This document shows, one piece after another, positions 11,591 through 24,990 of a stretch of DNA of 64,000 bases. The stretch lies in contig CM120648.1 in assembly GCA_051362555.1 (NCBI GenBank), positions 969,721 through 1,033,720 of the forward strand, given 5' to 3'. The position numbers and the translations under genes are program-made. The first letter of the stretch is position 1. The number at the start of each line of letters is the position of its first letter. Source of the DNA: Lingula anatina (taxonomy: Eukaryota; Animalia; Brachiopoda). Below the pieces are notes generated by a model that saw only the letters and a program-made list of their open reading frames with translations, was not told where the DNA came from and searched no databases.

Positions 11591-14500
11591 CAGATCAAAC
11601 CTACAAGAACCTAAATGCAGCCCCTATGTTTGTTTCTTATTTTGTGGATTTGCTTGCTATTGGATCTTGCACCTCCTTATGTGCATGTTTTGTTTGTATG
11701 TTGTGGTCAGTGTTCTTTATTTATTTGTCTCTTTTACCCTCTATCTACATAAGCTTGCTGTAGATTTGCGATGGCACTCTCTTCATTTGCTTTTCAGCAT
11801 CTTGATTTATAGATTTTCAGAGAAATGAAAAGGAAAAATACTAAAAGTGATGTATAACAAATTATATAGCTTGACAAGTACCTTGTTGTTTTGTTCAATC
11901 ACCCCTTTCATCAGCCCATGTGTTTTTGGATGTGGATATTGTTTATTGCATATGTCATTAGTGTATCTAATAAATATTATTTTTATTTTGGGGGGAGGGG
12001 GGATAGTAAGAGATTTCACAAAGTCACGTCTGATAGATTGATTAATCCAACAATTTTAATCCAGTAATTGTTGAAGAATGGCCTTGTTATGCTGAGCATG
12101 GCTCCTTTATGCTAAGAGTAGAGTATATATGTATTTTTTTCTTTTTAAAGAACAGCATCCAGCTTTATGTACAACAAAGCAGTTGCATGGATATTGTAGA
12201 AGTTTTTAATTTGTTCACTCCACCAGCAGCGTTCTGTTATTTCATGCCCTGGTGCCATCTTTATTTGGTTGACTGTGTCTTTTTTAAAGTATGTTTCATC
12301 TCTTTTAGGAGGAAAATTCAGTAGTTCTGTTTTGTTTTTGTTAGTTATCCATCTTTACAAAGAGAGCAGTGTTTAAATATATATTCAAATACATTTATTG
12401 GAAGAGGTTGAATTGAAAAATATCACTTAAGCTAACAGTTGAATAGATAAAATTGTATTCTAAATCAGGGACTAATAAAAATGTTATGATTTTTAAAATA
12501 TGAATTTCTGTATGTGAAACCTAGGTTGTTGCCTTGCCATTTTCATCTGTGATCATAGATACATGCATGTCAATTGTAAAGTTTGCAGAAACACAGAAGA
12601 ATTATGTAAAATCTTTTCCTCTGACTTATGTGACAAGAAATAAGCATGTTCAACTGTGTAACCATTACAATATCACTCCTGTACAGATGCATAGAGACTG
12701 GTTTCACACAATAACTTTAGACTGAAAATTGAGCTAAACTTTTAGTACACTTTCAAAGTTCTCCCATGCTAACTCTGTGGTAATCTAGTTCATTGGAATA
12801 TTGCATCTGTTTTATAACAAAAAAAATAACTTGTATTTGAGAGCGATAGTTGTTATAGTTGACTACTTGGAATTTATCAGGACTTGAACTAGACCAAAGT
12901 TTGGGCCGGACATGGAATACCAACTTCCAATTTAAAATTATCTGTGTGAAACCACACCCCTGCTCTAGTGTGATGTCACCAGTCGTGTTAAACATGATAA
13001 TTTGTCATTGGAACTGTGGTGACACTGGTGACACCCCTTCTGTTGGTGACAAACAGCAGATGTTAATGATAAATTAGCACTGTTAGGTATGTGTGCCTGT
13101 CACAGGGAAATACCCCTGGGAAGGGAGAGGGGGGGGGTGGAATGGATCTGGGCGTTAGCTGCGTTGATGATTCTAGATGTGTTTTAATTTGAACAAAATA
13201 AATAAATAAATAAATATCATTCATGTTGCCTTGTGCTAAAGTTTTTAGTTAGTTGTTCACAGGCATGACAAGATGATAAATTTTCTTATCTGCTACAGTT
13301 ATTATACTTTTTTACGCTGATTGCAGATTTAATATTTGTTTATGTGAAAAATGATATTAATCTCCTGTTACACCTGGCGAGTTCTTGTTGGAAAGGTGTT
13401 GAGTTTACAGAAAAAAATAGGTGTAGTGGATGTTTCTGATAAACCTGATTATCATCTGCCCTATAAGTGTCAGGATTTTAGAGGGATTTTGTTGTTTTTC
13501 CTGAAAAATATCATCAGTCTGATCATGCACCTGTCACAGAGCGATCTCTATCTTATATATAACTTCCTGTTTGTGACAACTGAGAGTTCTGTCTCACTTA
13601 TGGTGTGTGCAGACAATATCTGTCTAGGATTGTAATTTGGTACAGTTTAAACCTTTGCATATAATTAGCATTTTAATGTCTTTTGTTTAGGTTTGGGGGC
13701 TGTATTTTCCCACAGTTGTGTAATCCACTTTTTCTTAATATGTCTTTTGGTAAAGTAATACCCAGTGTTGTTATATAGCCAGTACAATTTCTTTGTAATA
13801 ATCGTCTTCAGATGATACTGTTAAGACATATTTACAGTCCTCATTTGTCCTTGTGTGAACAGACCCCAAGAAATGATGATGATAATGATAATTTTGAATT
13901 TAAAAATATTGTCATAACTCGGTGTGGCTCAATGCTGTCTTTATTTTTAAATGATCCTTAAAATTTTAAGAAAAAAATGTTTTTCAGAATTTGGGTTATA
14001 GAAAGCTATAATTTGATTCATGTTTTCAATAACCTTCTCGACAGTTTAAATATTACAGAAGTTCATTTGGGTTACGTAATCTGTGGCGTAACAAAAAGTA
14101 GTCTAGAACCTGTAGGGGGGTTGTGTCCTACTGTTCCCTTAAATCTTTATCTTGAATTGTTGCCACTGTCACTTAGATCTAAGTCAATCAAGAATTGATA
14201 GAATTTTATAAACCATGTTCATATCCACGATGTCGTCTGCACAAAATCTGGAATAGAATTATCAGTCCTAAGTTGTAAATTGAATCTGTGTGCAAAATTG
14301 TGAATTCCAATCAAGATTTGGAATATGATACTGATTCTAGTATTACGTTGTCATCTTCTTTTGACATTTATGAGTAGCTTGTCAAGATATTTTTTTATCT
14401 AAATTTGACATTCGATAGTTGAAAAAGAATTGGCATAAGAAATTTCACCTGTAAATACTTAATAATTGTACCACCAGCGTTAGCGCTGGCGGTACACATG

Positions 14501-15209
14501 GTTTCGGTCTCGTCCGGATCGTTCCGCCGGCTCCGCCGGCTCCGCCGGACGGCTACCGTTACCGCTTCTCCTCCTAGACGGTAAGGCCCCCCATACCCAT
14601 CTCATGGATTTAGGTCACCTATAATCTCAACTCGTTCCACGTAAAATTTGGGCTTTGTCGGTATTGGGGTCTGGGTGTGGCACTCATTGCAATGCACCCT
14701 TGTCCAAAAATGGCAAAATTAAATGCTAATTATCTACCCTACGGAAGGAGTTACGGGAAAAATTTCTACAGACGGCTTTCCAAAAGTCATATGTGTAGAT
14801 TTCAAATATACCCTCGGATTTGACCTTTGACCTTTACTTCAAGGTCAAATGGGCCAAAATTTTCAAAAAAATGAAATTTTTTACGAAAAAAAATTTTTTT
14901 GCCCTGTTATTCAGACGCCACACAGACTTAACCAATAATATTATTGGAAAGTGTTACCCTTCAGGTCATCTTTCATCTCCGTGAATTTGGGGTCAATCGG
15001 TGCATTTTCACAGGAGTAGCGGCCATAAGATACCGAAACTGAAAACTGTCTCTAATTCGGGAACCGTTAATGCTAGAGACCCATTCTTTTTTGCATTTTG
15101 TAGAGCATGTAAAGCCCAACACTGGAGGTGGTCTTGGTTTTTTTGTATTCCATACGGTTTTCGAGTTACGCTGTATCAAAAAGTACATATTGGTGGTGAA
15201 AGGAAAATG

Positions 15210-16045
15210 TACGGAAGCCCACTGGTGCCATATGTAGAAAAAAAAAATTATCTCGAAATTTCGAGATACTATTTTGAAATTTGAACAAAAAAATTTACCA
15301 CCAGCGTTAGCGCTGGCGGTACACATGGTTTCGGTCCCGTCCGGTCCGTTCCGCCGGCTCCGCCGCCATGTTACCGTTACCGCTTCTCCTCCTAGACGGT
15401 AAGGGCCCCCGTACCCATCTCATGGATTTAGGTCACCTATAATCTCAACTCGTTCCACGTAAAATTTGGGCTTTGTCGGTATTGGGGTCTGGGTGTGGCA
15501 CTCATTGCAATGCACCCTTGTCTAAAAATGGCAAAATTAAATGCTAATTATCTACCCTACAGAAGGAGTTACGGGAAAAATTTCTATAGACAGCTTTCCA
15601 AAAGTCATATGTGTAGATTTCAAATATACCCTCGGATTTGACCTTTGACCTTTACTTCAAGGTCAAATGGGTCAAAATTTTCAAAAAAATGAAATTTTTT
15701 ACGAAAAAAAATTTTTTTGCCCTGTTATTCAGACGCCACACAGACTTAACCAATAATATTATTGGAAAGTGTTACCCTTCAGGTCATCTTTCATCTCCGT
15801 GAATTTGGGGTCAATTTTGAAATTTGAACAAAAAAATTTTTTATCTCGAAATTTCGAGATAGCATTTTGAAATTTGAACAAAAAAAAAATTATCTCGAAA
15901 TTTCGAGATAGCATTTTGATATTTGAGCAAAAAAATTTATCTCGAAATTTCGAGATAGTATTTTGAAATTTGAACAAAAAAAATGCTATCTCGAAATTTC
16001 GAGATAATTTTTTTTTTCAACATATGGCACCAGTCGGCTTCCGTA
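15210..16045. mobile_element. IS3EU-like non-autonomous MITE inserted in HINE copy 2
   Basis: TIRs TACGGAAGCC(C/G)ACTGGTGCCATATGT... of ~60 bp. 6-bp TSD AAAATG (15204-15209 and 16046-16051). The empty site is visible in copy 1 (~3289-3294). TAYGG ends with a 6-bp TSD match the IS3EU superfamily. Confidence 0.8.
15296..15814 (+). mobile_element. 5' fragment of the HINE family nested inside the IS3EU-like MITE
   Basis: Near-copy of 14469-14997 (TACCACCAGCGTTAGCGCTGG... to ...TTTGGGGTCAAT). Confidence 0.85.
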
Positions 16046-16290
16046 AAAATGTGCAGTACGGTAATGGATAATAAATTTTGAACTCCGGAAAAATAAAACA
16101 TAATGCTTGGCAAAGCAGACAACTTGTGGTCAAAAATGACATTATTTTATCAAATTTAAACTTCTGCAACTTCAGAGAACCTCCCATTTCAAGAACTTTG
16201 ACCAAAATGACCTTTTCTTTATTTTAATTAATTTTTTCTGTAGGAAATTTATGGCACATTATGGTAACTCCAAAATTATAACATTTAGTC

Positions 16291-18735
16291 CCTTATATCT
16301 CCAAAACTGGCAGAGATAGGTCCATAGTTACTATTGAAGTTGAATAGGAAGTCATATACTGGCAATCTTACTGTGACCTTGACATTGACCTTTGACCTTC
16401 TTTTCACCATGAACTGAACTTTGCAAATTTTGCTTCCCTTTTATCTCCAAAACTGGCAGAGATAGGTCCATAGTTACTATTGAAGTTGAATAGGAAGTCA
16501 TATACTGGCAATCTAAATGTGACCTTGAAATTGACCTTTGACCTACTTTTCACCATGAACTGAACTTTGCAAATTTTGCTTCCCTTTTATCTCCAAAACT
16601 GGCAGAGATAGGTCCATAGTTACTATTGAACTTGAATAGGAAGTCATATACTGGCAATTTTACTGTGACCTTGAAATTGACCTTTGACCTACTTTTCACC
16701 TTGAACTGAACTTTGCAAAATTTGCTTCCCTTTTATCTCCAAAACTGGCAGAGATAGGTCCATAGTTACTATTGAACTTGCATAGGAAGTCATATACTGG
16801 CAATTTTACTGTGACCTTGAAATTGACCTTTGACCTTCTTTTCACCATGAACTGAACTTTGCAAATTTTGCTTCCCTTTTATCTCCAAAACTGGCAGAGA
16901 TAGGTCCATAGTTACTATTGAAGTTGAATAGGAAGTCATATACTGGCAATCTAAATGTGACCTTGAAATTGACCTTTGACCTACTTTTCACCATGAACTG
17001 AACTTTGCAAATTTTGCTTCCCTTTTATCTCCAAAACTGGCAGAGATAGGTCCATAGTTACTATTGAAGTTGAATAGGAAGTCATATACTGGCAATCTTA
17101 CTGTGACCTTGAAATTGACCTTTGACCTACTTATCACCATGAACTGAACTTTGCAAATTTTGCTTCCCTTTTATCTCCAAAACTGGCAGAGATAGGTCCA
17201 TAGTTACTATTGAACTTGAATAGGAAGTCATATACTGGCAATTTTACTGTGACCTTGAAATTGACCTTTGACTTACTTTTCACCTTGAACTGAACTTTGC
17301 AAAATTTGCTTCCCTTTTATCTCCAAAACTGGCAGAGATAGGTCCATAGTTACTATTGAACTTGCATAGGAAGTCATATACTGGCAATTTTACTGTGACC
17401 TTGAAATTGACCTTTGACCTACTTTTCACCATGAACTGAACTTTGCAAAATTTGCTTCCCTTTTATCTCCAAAACTGGCAGAGATAGGTCCATAGTTACT
17501 ATTGAACTTGCATAGGAAGTCATATACTGGCAATTTTACTGTGTCCTTGAAATTGACCTTTGACCTTCTTTTCACCATGAACTGAACTTTGCAAATTTTG
17601 CTTCCCTTTTATCTCCAAAACTGGCAGAGATAGGTCCATAGTTACTATTGAAGTTGAATAGGAAGTCATATACTGGCAATTTTACTGTGACCTTGAAATT
17701 GACCTTTGACCTACTTTTCACCATGAACTGAACTTTGCAAAATTTGCTTCCCTTTTATCTCCAAAACTGGCAGAGATAGGTCCATAGTTACTATTGAAGT
17801 TGAATAGGAAGTCATATACTGGCAATCTTACTGTGACCTTGAAATTGACCTTTGACCTACTTATCACCATGAACTGAACTTTGCAAATTTTGCTTCCCTT
17901 TTATCTCCAAAACTGGCAGAGATAGGTCCATAGTTACTATTGAACTTGAATAGGAAGTCATATACTGGCAATTTTACTGTGACCTTGAAATTGACCTTTG
18001 ACTTACTTTTCACCTTGAACTGAACTTTGCAAAATTTGCTTCCCTTTTATCTCCAAAACTGGCAGAGATAGGTCCATAGTTACTATTGAACTTGCATAGG
18101 AAGTCATATACTGGCAATTTTACTGTGACCTTGAAATTGACCTTTGACCTACTTTTCACCATGAACTGAACTTTGCAAAATTTGCTTCCCTTTTATCTCC
18201 AAAACTGGCAGAGATAGGTCCATAGTTACTATTGAACTTGCATAGGAAGTCATATACTGGCAATTTTACTGTGTCCTTGAAATTGACCTTTGACCTTCTT
18301 TTCACCATGAACTGAACTTTGCAAATTTTGCTTCCCTTTTATCTCCAAAACTGGCAGAGATAGGTCCATAGTTACTATTGAAGTTGAATAGGAAGTCATA
18401 TACTGGCAATCTAAATGTGACCTTGAAATTGACCTTTGACCTACTTTTCACCATGAACTGAACTTTGCAAATTTTGCTTCCCTTTTATCTCCAAAACTGG
18501 CAGAGATAGGTCCATAGTTACTATTGAAGTTGAATAGGAAGTCATATACTGGCAATCTTACTGTGACCTTGAAATTGACCTTTGACCTACTTTTCACCAT
18601 GAACTGAACTTTGCAAATTTTGCTTCCCTTTTATCTCCAAAACTGGCAGAGATAGGTCCATAGTTACTATTGAAGTTGGATAGGAAGTCATATACTGGCA
18701 ATTTACTGTGACCTTGAAATTGACCTTTGACCTAC
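16291..18735. repeat. 146-bp tandem repeat array (~16.7 monomers) inside HINE copy 2
   Basis: Same monomer as 3534-5210, period 146, with different diagnostic variants. Confidence 0.95.
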
Positions 18736-21700
18736 CTTACAATGAACTTAACTTTGATTGCACCATTTTTAGTTATATATATTTTTTGCATATTTTGAAA
18801 ATTCTTGTTGATTGCATTTTTACAGCTTGTCAAGCACAAGACTGGTGGCTGCACCCCTTATTTTGTGTATGTGGGGGTCTATACGAATGCGCTTGCTCCA
18901 GCTGGTGGTACAATATTCGGAGGCGGTATCGCCTCTCTGATCCTCTAGTTTCTATCATGATGTTTGATATTTTGCTTTGATTGAATAATTTTACCAATCT
19001 TGAAGTTGATTGTCACTGTCTTTTTACGCTTTTGAGACATTGGAGTGGATTTTTAAAATCAAAATGACACACCTTTTGTGTCTGATAAACTTTAAATTAT
19101 CTACATATGCCCTGGTAAAAGAAAATAGATAATTTCTTGAGTTGTAAAAAATGTATCGAGTTTATATTAAAATGTCTTTCAAGGAGGATTAGGAGGCTAA
19201 GAAGCTAGAGAGGATAACAAATTTTGGTGATGATGGTTTTGGGAAATTTGACAGGATGCAATGCATTTCCTGAATCTATGAGGTTAAACATATATGAGGC
19301 ATAAAGGGAAAAAATAAAATAATGCATTAAAATTCTTATCAATGACATGGAGTATTTGAAGCAAATACTCTCCCCCCCCCCCCCCCCCCCCCATGGCAGG
19401 AAAACGTCAATAGTGTCTCCCTTGTGCTGTAACAGCCATACAAGACTTATGTAATATCATAATAACTTTGCCTATTCAATGTGACAATCACAAGAGACTT
19501 TGCATAATTTGATATCTCTCCAGTCAGCATCTGTTTCCTTTGAGGAGGAGATGGAGATTGAAAGCTTTCTCATGTTGATGGGGAAGATAATATAATGCCT
19601 GTATCTGTAGAATTTTGATGTGCAGAGCTCCTTGGCTGTGTTCACACTGCACTTGGTAGGATCTGCTCTGAAACGGTCCAGGTTCGGATTTACGATAGGA
19701 TTGTTTCAATTGTTTTAACTTATGCATGTTCAGAATGTGTGTAATTGTGACTTACAGGTCATATCAGTATGAGGTCTTTTGCTATCATTTCTAATTAATT
19801 AAAATCAGCCTCAGCTGAGGAAGTTCTGTCTGAATCTTCAATAAGAATTAACAATCTTTGAAGATTGATCACAAGGAATGCATGCTGTCCACCCAATAAA
19901 TTGAATGCAATCTATACTTTAGACTTAAAAAGAAGATGCAATGTGAAGTCATTAAACCGAGTCTTAACTGCAGAACAAGTGTAGAAGCTTGTAGTGTGAT
20001 GGCAGTGTTTCATGATCAGGAGAAGTGTCCAAAGTATTTCACTGCCCGCTGGCCACACAGTGTTAAACCATGTGATGAATGACCAGTCAGTGGACAGCAA
20101 CACTGTGGGGGGTAATAGCCCATCAACTTGACCATAAGGCACAGACATTTTAGGAGAGGGTGGGCAAAGAGGACTGACTGGGGCAGTTTAGCTTTTTGTT
20201 TTGGTGAATTATCTGCTGGAAAAGCTCAGTGATTTTCATGTGTGGAGAGGACATAAAGACGTGTCATGGCATTTAGGTTTTTCTGGATTTCTTTTCTGTC
20301 ACTTTAGGATGTATTTTGGGAACTGAAAATCACTGGGCAGAGAGAATGTTAGGAGTCTGCAAGTGAGGAAAAATACAGTGGTGGAAAATAGTCAACTAAA
20401 ATACACTCAGTAAGGAGTCACACTGATTTTGAATACTGTCAAGTGAAGGCTTAGAGAAAATTCACTGAAAAAAATATATATATAGGCTGTGATATTTCTT
20501 GGAGACCTGTAAGATTTTGACCAAGTGGTGTATTTTTACTGCCCTCAAGGTTTATATACCGTGACTGCTAAAGGAATGTACAGACAGTGACAGTGCAGTG
20601 AATGTGATGCTGATAAATATGAATTATTGAAGAGGAAAGTATCCCAGGAAGAAAGATCTGTTAAATGCACAGTATTCTGCATAATTTTTCTGAAGGAGTA
20701 AAGGGTCTGTAGGAGTGCAAATTAAATCGGGGATAAAAGACTTCTGTAATTGGAGATTGGTGTGTGTGTGTTAAGGAAAAACGCTAGCCAAGAGACAACA
20801 ATTGGAAGAGAGATATTCCATCTTGTTTAATGACTGTAGTGGTATCTGTTTACTCTCTTGGCTGAACATAAAGTGTGGAATTCAGCTGAAGAGAACATCA
20901 TGGCTAATAAGAAAATGGCACTAATTTTTGATACAGGTGTCTATGGATGATTTGGGGAAAGTTTCATGCATGTCCAGTACTTGATGTAAAGTTTACCATC
21001 GGCATTTTATTTCTGATATTTAAACTGATAAACAGCTGAAAAAAGTTCTATCTGTGCAGTGTTCTGTTATTTAGTTGACATCAGAGAGGAGAGGAGTGAT
21101 TTTATCACATTCTCTTTTCGGGTGATGGTTATGTCGCATTGTTGAACCACAAAGAAAAAAAAAGAGTGGAAGAAAAAAAGGGAGAAGAAAAAATCAGAAA
21201 GGAGAACAGCTGTGGTGTAAAACCTGATCCGTATGTTGTGACATTACCCAGGAAATTTGAAGTGATATGCTAAAAGAATTCACTGAAAGACAGGAAAAGC
21301 TTTTCATAAAGACCACTTCTCATATACAGTAACCCCCAAAACAGCTTGGCGCCTCCACAGGGCAGGACAGTGCAAGATAGAGTCACCATCTTGGGATTGC
21401 TACGGAGACACTTGAACAGCACTGTTTGATATATTGAATCTGTGATTTTCATTCACCGAGAAGGAGATTAGAGCAGGGGTTTGTCTTTGATAAATTGCAG
21501 CATTTTCAAGAGTTTTTATACATTTTTCATCAGTTTGGGATTATATATTGAAGAGATATTTGTACTGCTTATGGATTAGTTTTCTGAATTTGCTTCGATG
21601 ATTACAAAAAAGTGTATCAAAAGAGGAAGACGTAGGGCAATTTGAAGATCTGTAGTAGTGCTTGGTGTTTCTTTTAATATTCGACCTGAAGTAATAACCA

Positions 21701-22755
21701 CAAAGTATTTTTAGCTGGAAAAAAGGAAAAGGACTTTCTTTGGTTTATTGCATGTGCTCTGGACAGAAGGTTTTGAAGATTTGCTACTGTGATTTAAAGA
21801 GTTTTTTTTCCGGAATTCACCCCAGAGACCACCAGTGACTCCTTCTGAATCCTGAAGTGAGGCCATTTTTCATTCTTTCTGACCAAGACCATACAAAGGT
21901 TCTATTTCTTTGAACATTCTCTCCTTGGAAGAAGTGAATTTTTCATTCCCTCAATACCACAAAGTATCTGGATCGAGAAATTGGATATGTTTTTTGGAAA
22001 GGGGTCATTTTCAAAATATTCAGACAATGTGTAATGGCGAGGTGTGCTTGTCAGAGTGGGAGAAGTAGTAGAGCTCTGTGTATTTGAGATCTGTACTGTT
22101 TATACTCTGATGTGGAATTGAAGGAACTCTTGACTTGAAATGATGCAGCAAGTGGTAAAAACTGGTGGTTATCTTATAAGAGTCAAGGCATTCTTTTACA
22201 TTTGGAATTTTGAGGGTGGAAGCCTTTAAAAGCTGGTTATGTGACCAATTTTTGTTCTAGATAAGAAAATATTCTGACTTGTCACTGGGCAATTCTCTGA
22301 ACTCTCTGAATATAGTGACCGCAAACTACTGACTTAAAAAGAGATATCTAAATTTTCTTCTTTGAAAATGAAAGGAGGAGCACAGGACATAAGAAGATAA
22401 ATGTCACTCTGCAAGTTAAGCTATAATACCAAAGCTGACTAGCTGGAAATATTTCTGGACAATACCCTAAGAAAGAATTCTAACACACAAAGTACCAATT
22501 TACAGAATTACTTGTCAGCAAGCAGGGACTACACTAGCCAGAGTTATTTCTTACAGAAAAACCAACATCAAAATCATCACTTACACTGCAATTTTCTTCT
22601 TTGAAAAAGAAAAAGGAAGGAGGGCCACAGGGCCACCAGAAATTAGGAGAGTTTTTTATTATTATTTTAAAAGAGAATGACTGCAGGCCATTGGTCTAGG
22701 TGAAAAATAGGAAGAAAAAATTGAGCTGGCATCATTGTGTGTATTTGTATGTAAT

Positions 22756-22905
22756 ATGAGCGGAGCTTCCATCTGTTCTCAACCTTTTGACAATATGAGC
22801 AGAGTTCAGTTTGGGATTAATTTACCCACAGAAAATATGGACTATTTAGATAACTATGTTTATGTGTACTTTTTGAAAAAACCCAGGAAATATTACCAAA
22901 GAAGA
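22756..22905 (+). CDS. Candidate alternative first coding exon A (MSGASICSQPFDNMSRVQFGINLPTENMDYLDNYVYVYFLKKPRKYYQRR), splicing to 24460
   Basis: ATG-initiated 50-codon ORF running exactly into AGA|GTGAGT in phase 0, matching exon 6. Confidence 0.6.
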
Positions 22906-22915
22906 GTGAGTATTT

Positions 22916-22946
<31 letters not shown>

Positions 22947-24459
22947 GGGGGGGGGGGGGGGAGACATTGAAAATCTTGATAATTTGATTTGATTCTCTCA
23001 AATCCATAAAATATTTTGTAAACTTTATATAATCTATTGCAATATAGGATACATTGTCAACATTTGGGATAATTCAATTATGAGGGAATTTTTCCCTTCA
23101 AATCCTGGCTTTAATAGAGTAAAGTAAGTAACACTCACCAAGGATTATAATCTTATCACTAAGGAAGTGATATATGACATGCTAGCATAATAATCTAGGA
23201 AGGTATTTAATCATCAGGCATGGTCTGGCATGTTATTAAACAATTAAGACTGATATGGCATAGTTTGTGCTCATCAGGGAAGTTATCGGATGATATTCCT
23301 AATTGTTGTAATAAGTGAATGATTAGCTTTGGTCCTTTGTGAATTAATTAATGCAAATTTTGTTTGAAATTAGAAATTAGAATTTCTCAGTAATATCAAG
23401 AGGGAGCAGGAAATCTTTGCTGTCTCCTTTGAAAGTTCTTGAGGTTGAACAGTATTTATTTATTTATTGATTTATTTATTTTCATAATTCTGTACGGATA
23501 CTGAATTTTTTTTTTTTTTTTTTTTAAGGGAAGAACGCATGGTGTTTTTCCAGCTTCCAAACAATATTTCTTGTAGACGGTAGTAATATTCATTATTTTG
23601 CTTTTTGGTTTATTTCTTTTATTCTCTGCAGTTCCTGCTTTTCTGGTCCTGTTTTCCTTTAAATAAAGTACATTTCACCTTGCAGTTATTTTGAGCATGG
23701 GGATTTTTGCCTTAGACCTATACATATATTCACAAGTAAAATGGTCAGTGCTTAAAGTTAGATCTCTTACTAAAAAATGAAAAAAAAATGAACAAAGATT
23801 GCAAACACATTCTCTTAAATAGTTATAGAAATTGTACAAATTCTTCTTTTAAAGTAGGTAAATAACCTTCCAAATAAGGTCAGAAACTCCACCAAAATGT
23901 AAATGAATAACCCATTGTTAGAATAGGCATGGAATGCGTCTTATCTTTCACGCCATAGATTGAGTGAAAATTAACTTCTACAAGTTGCTGGTAACAAGTT
24001 AAATAAGACCTGTTGAGTCAAACAATAAAACATGCAACTTCAAACTGAATTCCAACTTTGAAAAAAGCCCAAGTCATCAAGAAAGTGTGACTAAAGGTGT
24101 TTAGTCTTCTTTTTTTGGCAAGTAGATAAGTTGTGAAGTTAAGATTTGCCTTGATAAAATCATTTGCCTTAAAATATTTTGCCTGTATTTTGCACACATT
24201 TATTGTCAAATGTCACACTAACCTCATGGTGAATGTCACACTTCTAACAGGAAATAACTGTTGTCTTTAACACATTATGCTGAACTTCAGATAAAGAGGA
24301 AAAAATTCTTTGACCCGCTACAATTATATGGCTGACCTAGAACTGCATTGGGTCTTTTCAGGATATATAGAGTTGTTCTGAAAATGTATCAGCCTGAAAT
24401 AAATATAATTGTATATTTGGTGGAAAATTTATTCCATTTTCTTTTAATTTCCTTTCCAG

Positions 24460-24990
24460 GCGAAGCATTTTGCAAACAAGGCAAAGCACAAAGACCCAAT
24501 CGCAGGTGCTGACTCCGCAAGTGGGACTTTTTCTGTGCGCCCACCATCAGCGGCCATGATTTGTTCACCAGGAATTGCCAACAGTGAAAGTAAACCTAGT
24601 CAAGACACTTCGGATAAAATAGCAGTGAATCAAAAACGGAGACTCGGTGAGACAAGAGACCATGCAAATGCATCTCAGGACTTAAATACTAAACGAGAAT
24701 CCAACACCAGTATTTTAAGCAGTTTCTCATTGGCCAATTTCAACTCGTCTAATTCCTCACGGGGCGGAGGAGGTGCTCATGGATCTCCCGTTGTTGCCTT
24801 GAAAGAGACGATAGACAGTCAGTTTGTAGGGTTGGTTGGTCAGCCCCTGGGGGCCGAGGCAGAGAACGTTCCGCCCCCTGTCCCCACTGAGCAACCTGAG
24901 AACTATTTATACCCTGTCACCATTCTACCGCCACCTTTAGATTTTGGGAAAACAACTGAAGATGGCGTTACTGAGGCAGATGGAGCAAAA
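24460..24990 (+). CDS. SH2D5: SH2D5-like exon 6 (Ser/Pro-rich linker, AKHFANKAKHK...ADGAK)
   Basis: Long polypyrimidine tract plus ccag acceptor, AAA|GTAAGT donor, 531 nt open, phase 0-0. Contains VPPPVP and LPPP motifs. Confidence 0.85.

Larger units (their letters stand above)
14465..18951 (+). mobile_element. Non-autonomous Helentron/HINE element, copy 2, with nested insertions
   Basis: Same 5' hairpin/subTIR, left block, 146-bp array, right block, GCTGGTGGTACAAT (18901-18914), GAGGCG..CGCCTC stem-loop and CTAGTTT end as copy 1. Confidence 0.85.

Noticed and set aside
14973-15326. 117-aa ORF, and related ORFs at 3058, 3251, 4961 and 15759, inside the repeats
   Set aside because: Chance ORFs in non-autonomous elements; no Rep/helicase or transposase motifs.
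3534-18735. 146-bp arrays as CRISPR-like arrays
   Set aside because: Whole monomers repeat with no unique spacers, the context is a eukaryotic intron, and no cas genes are present.
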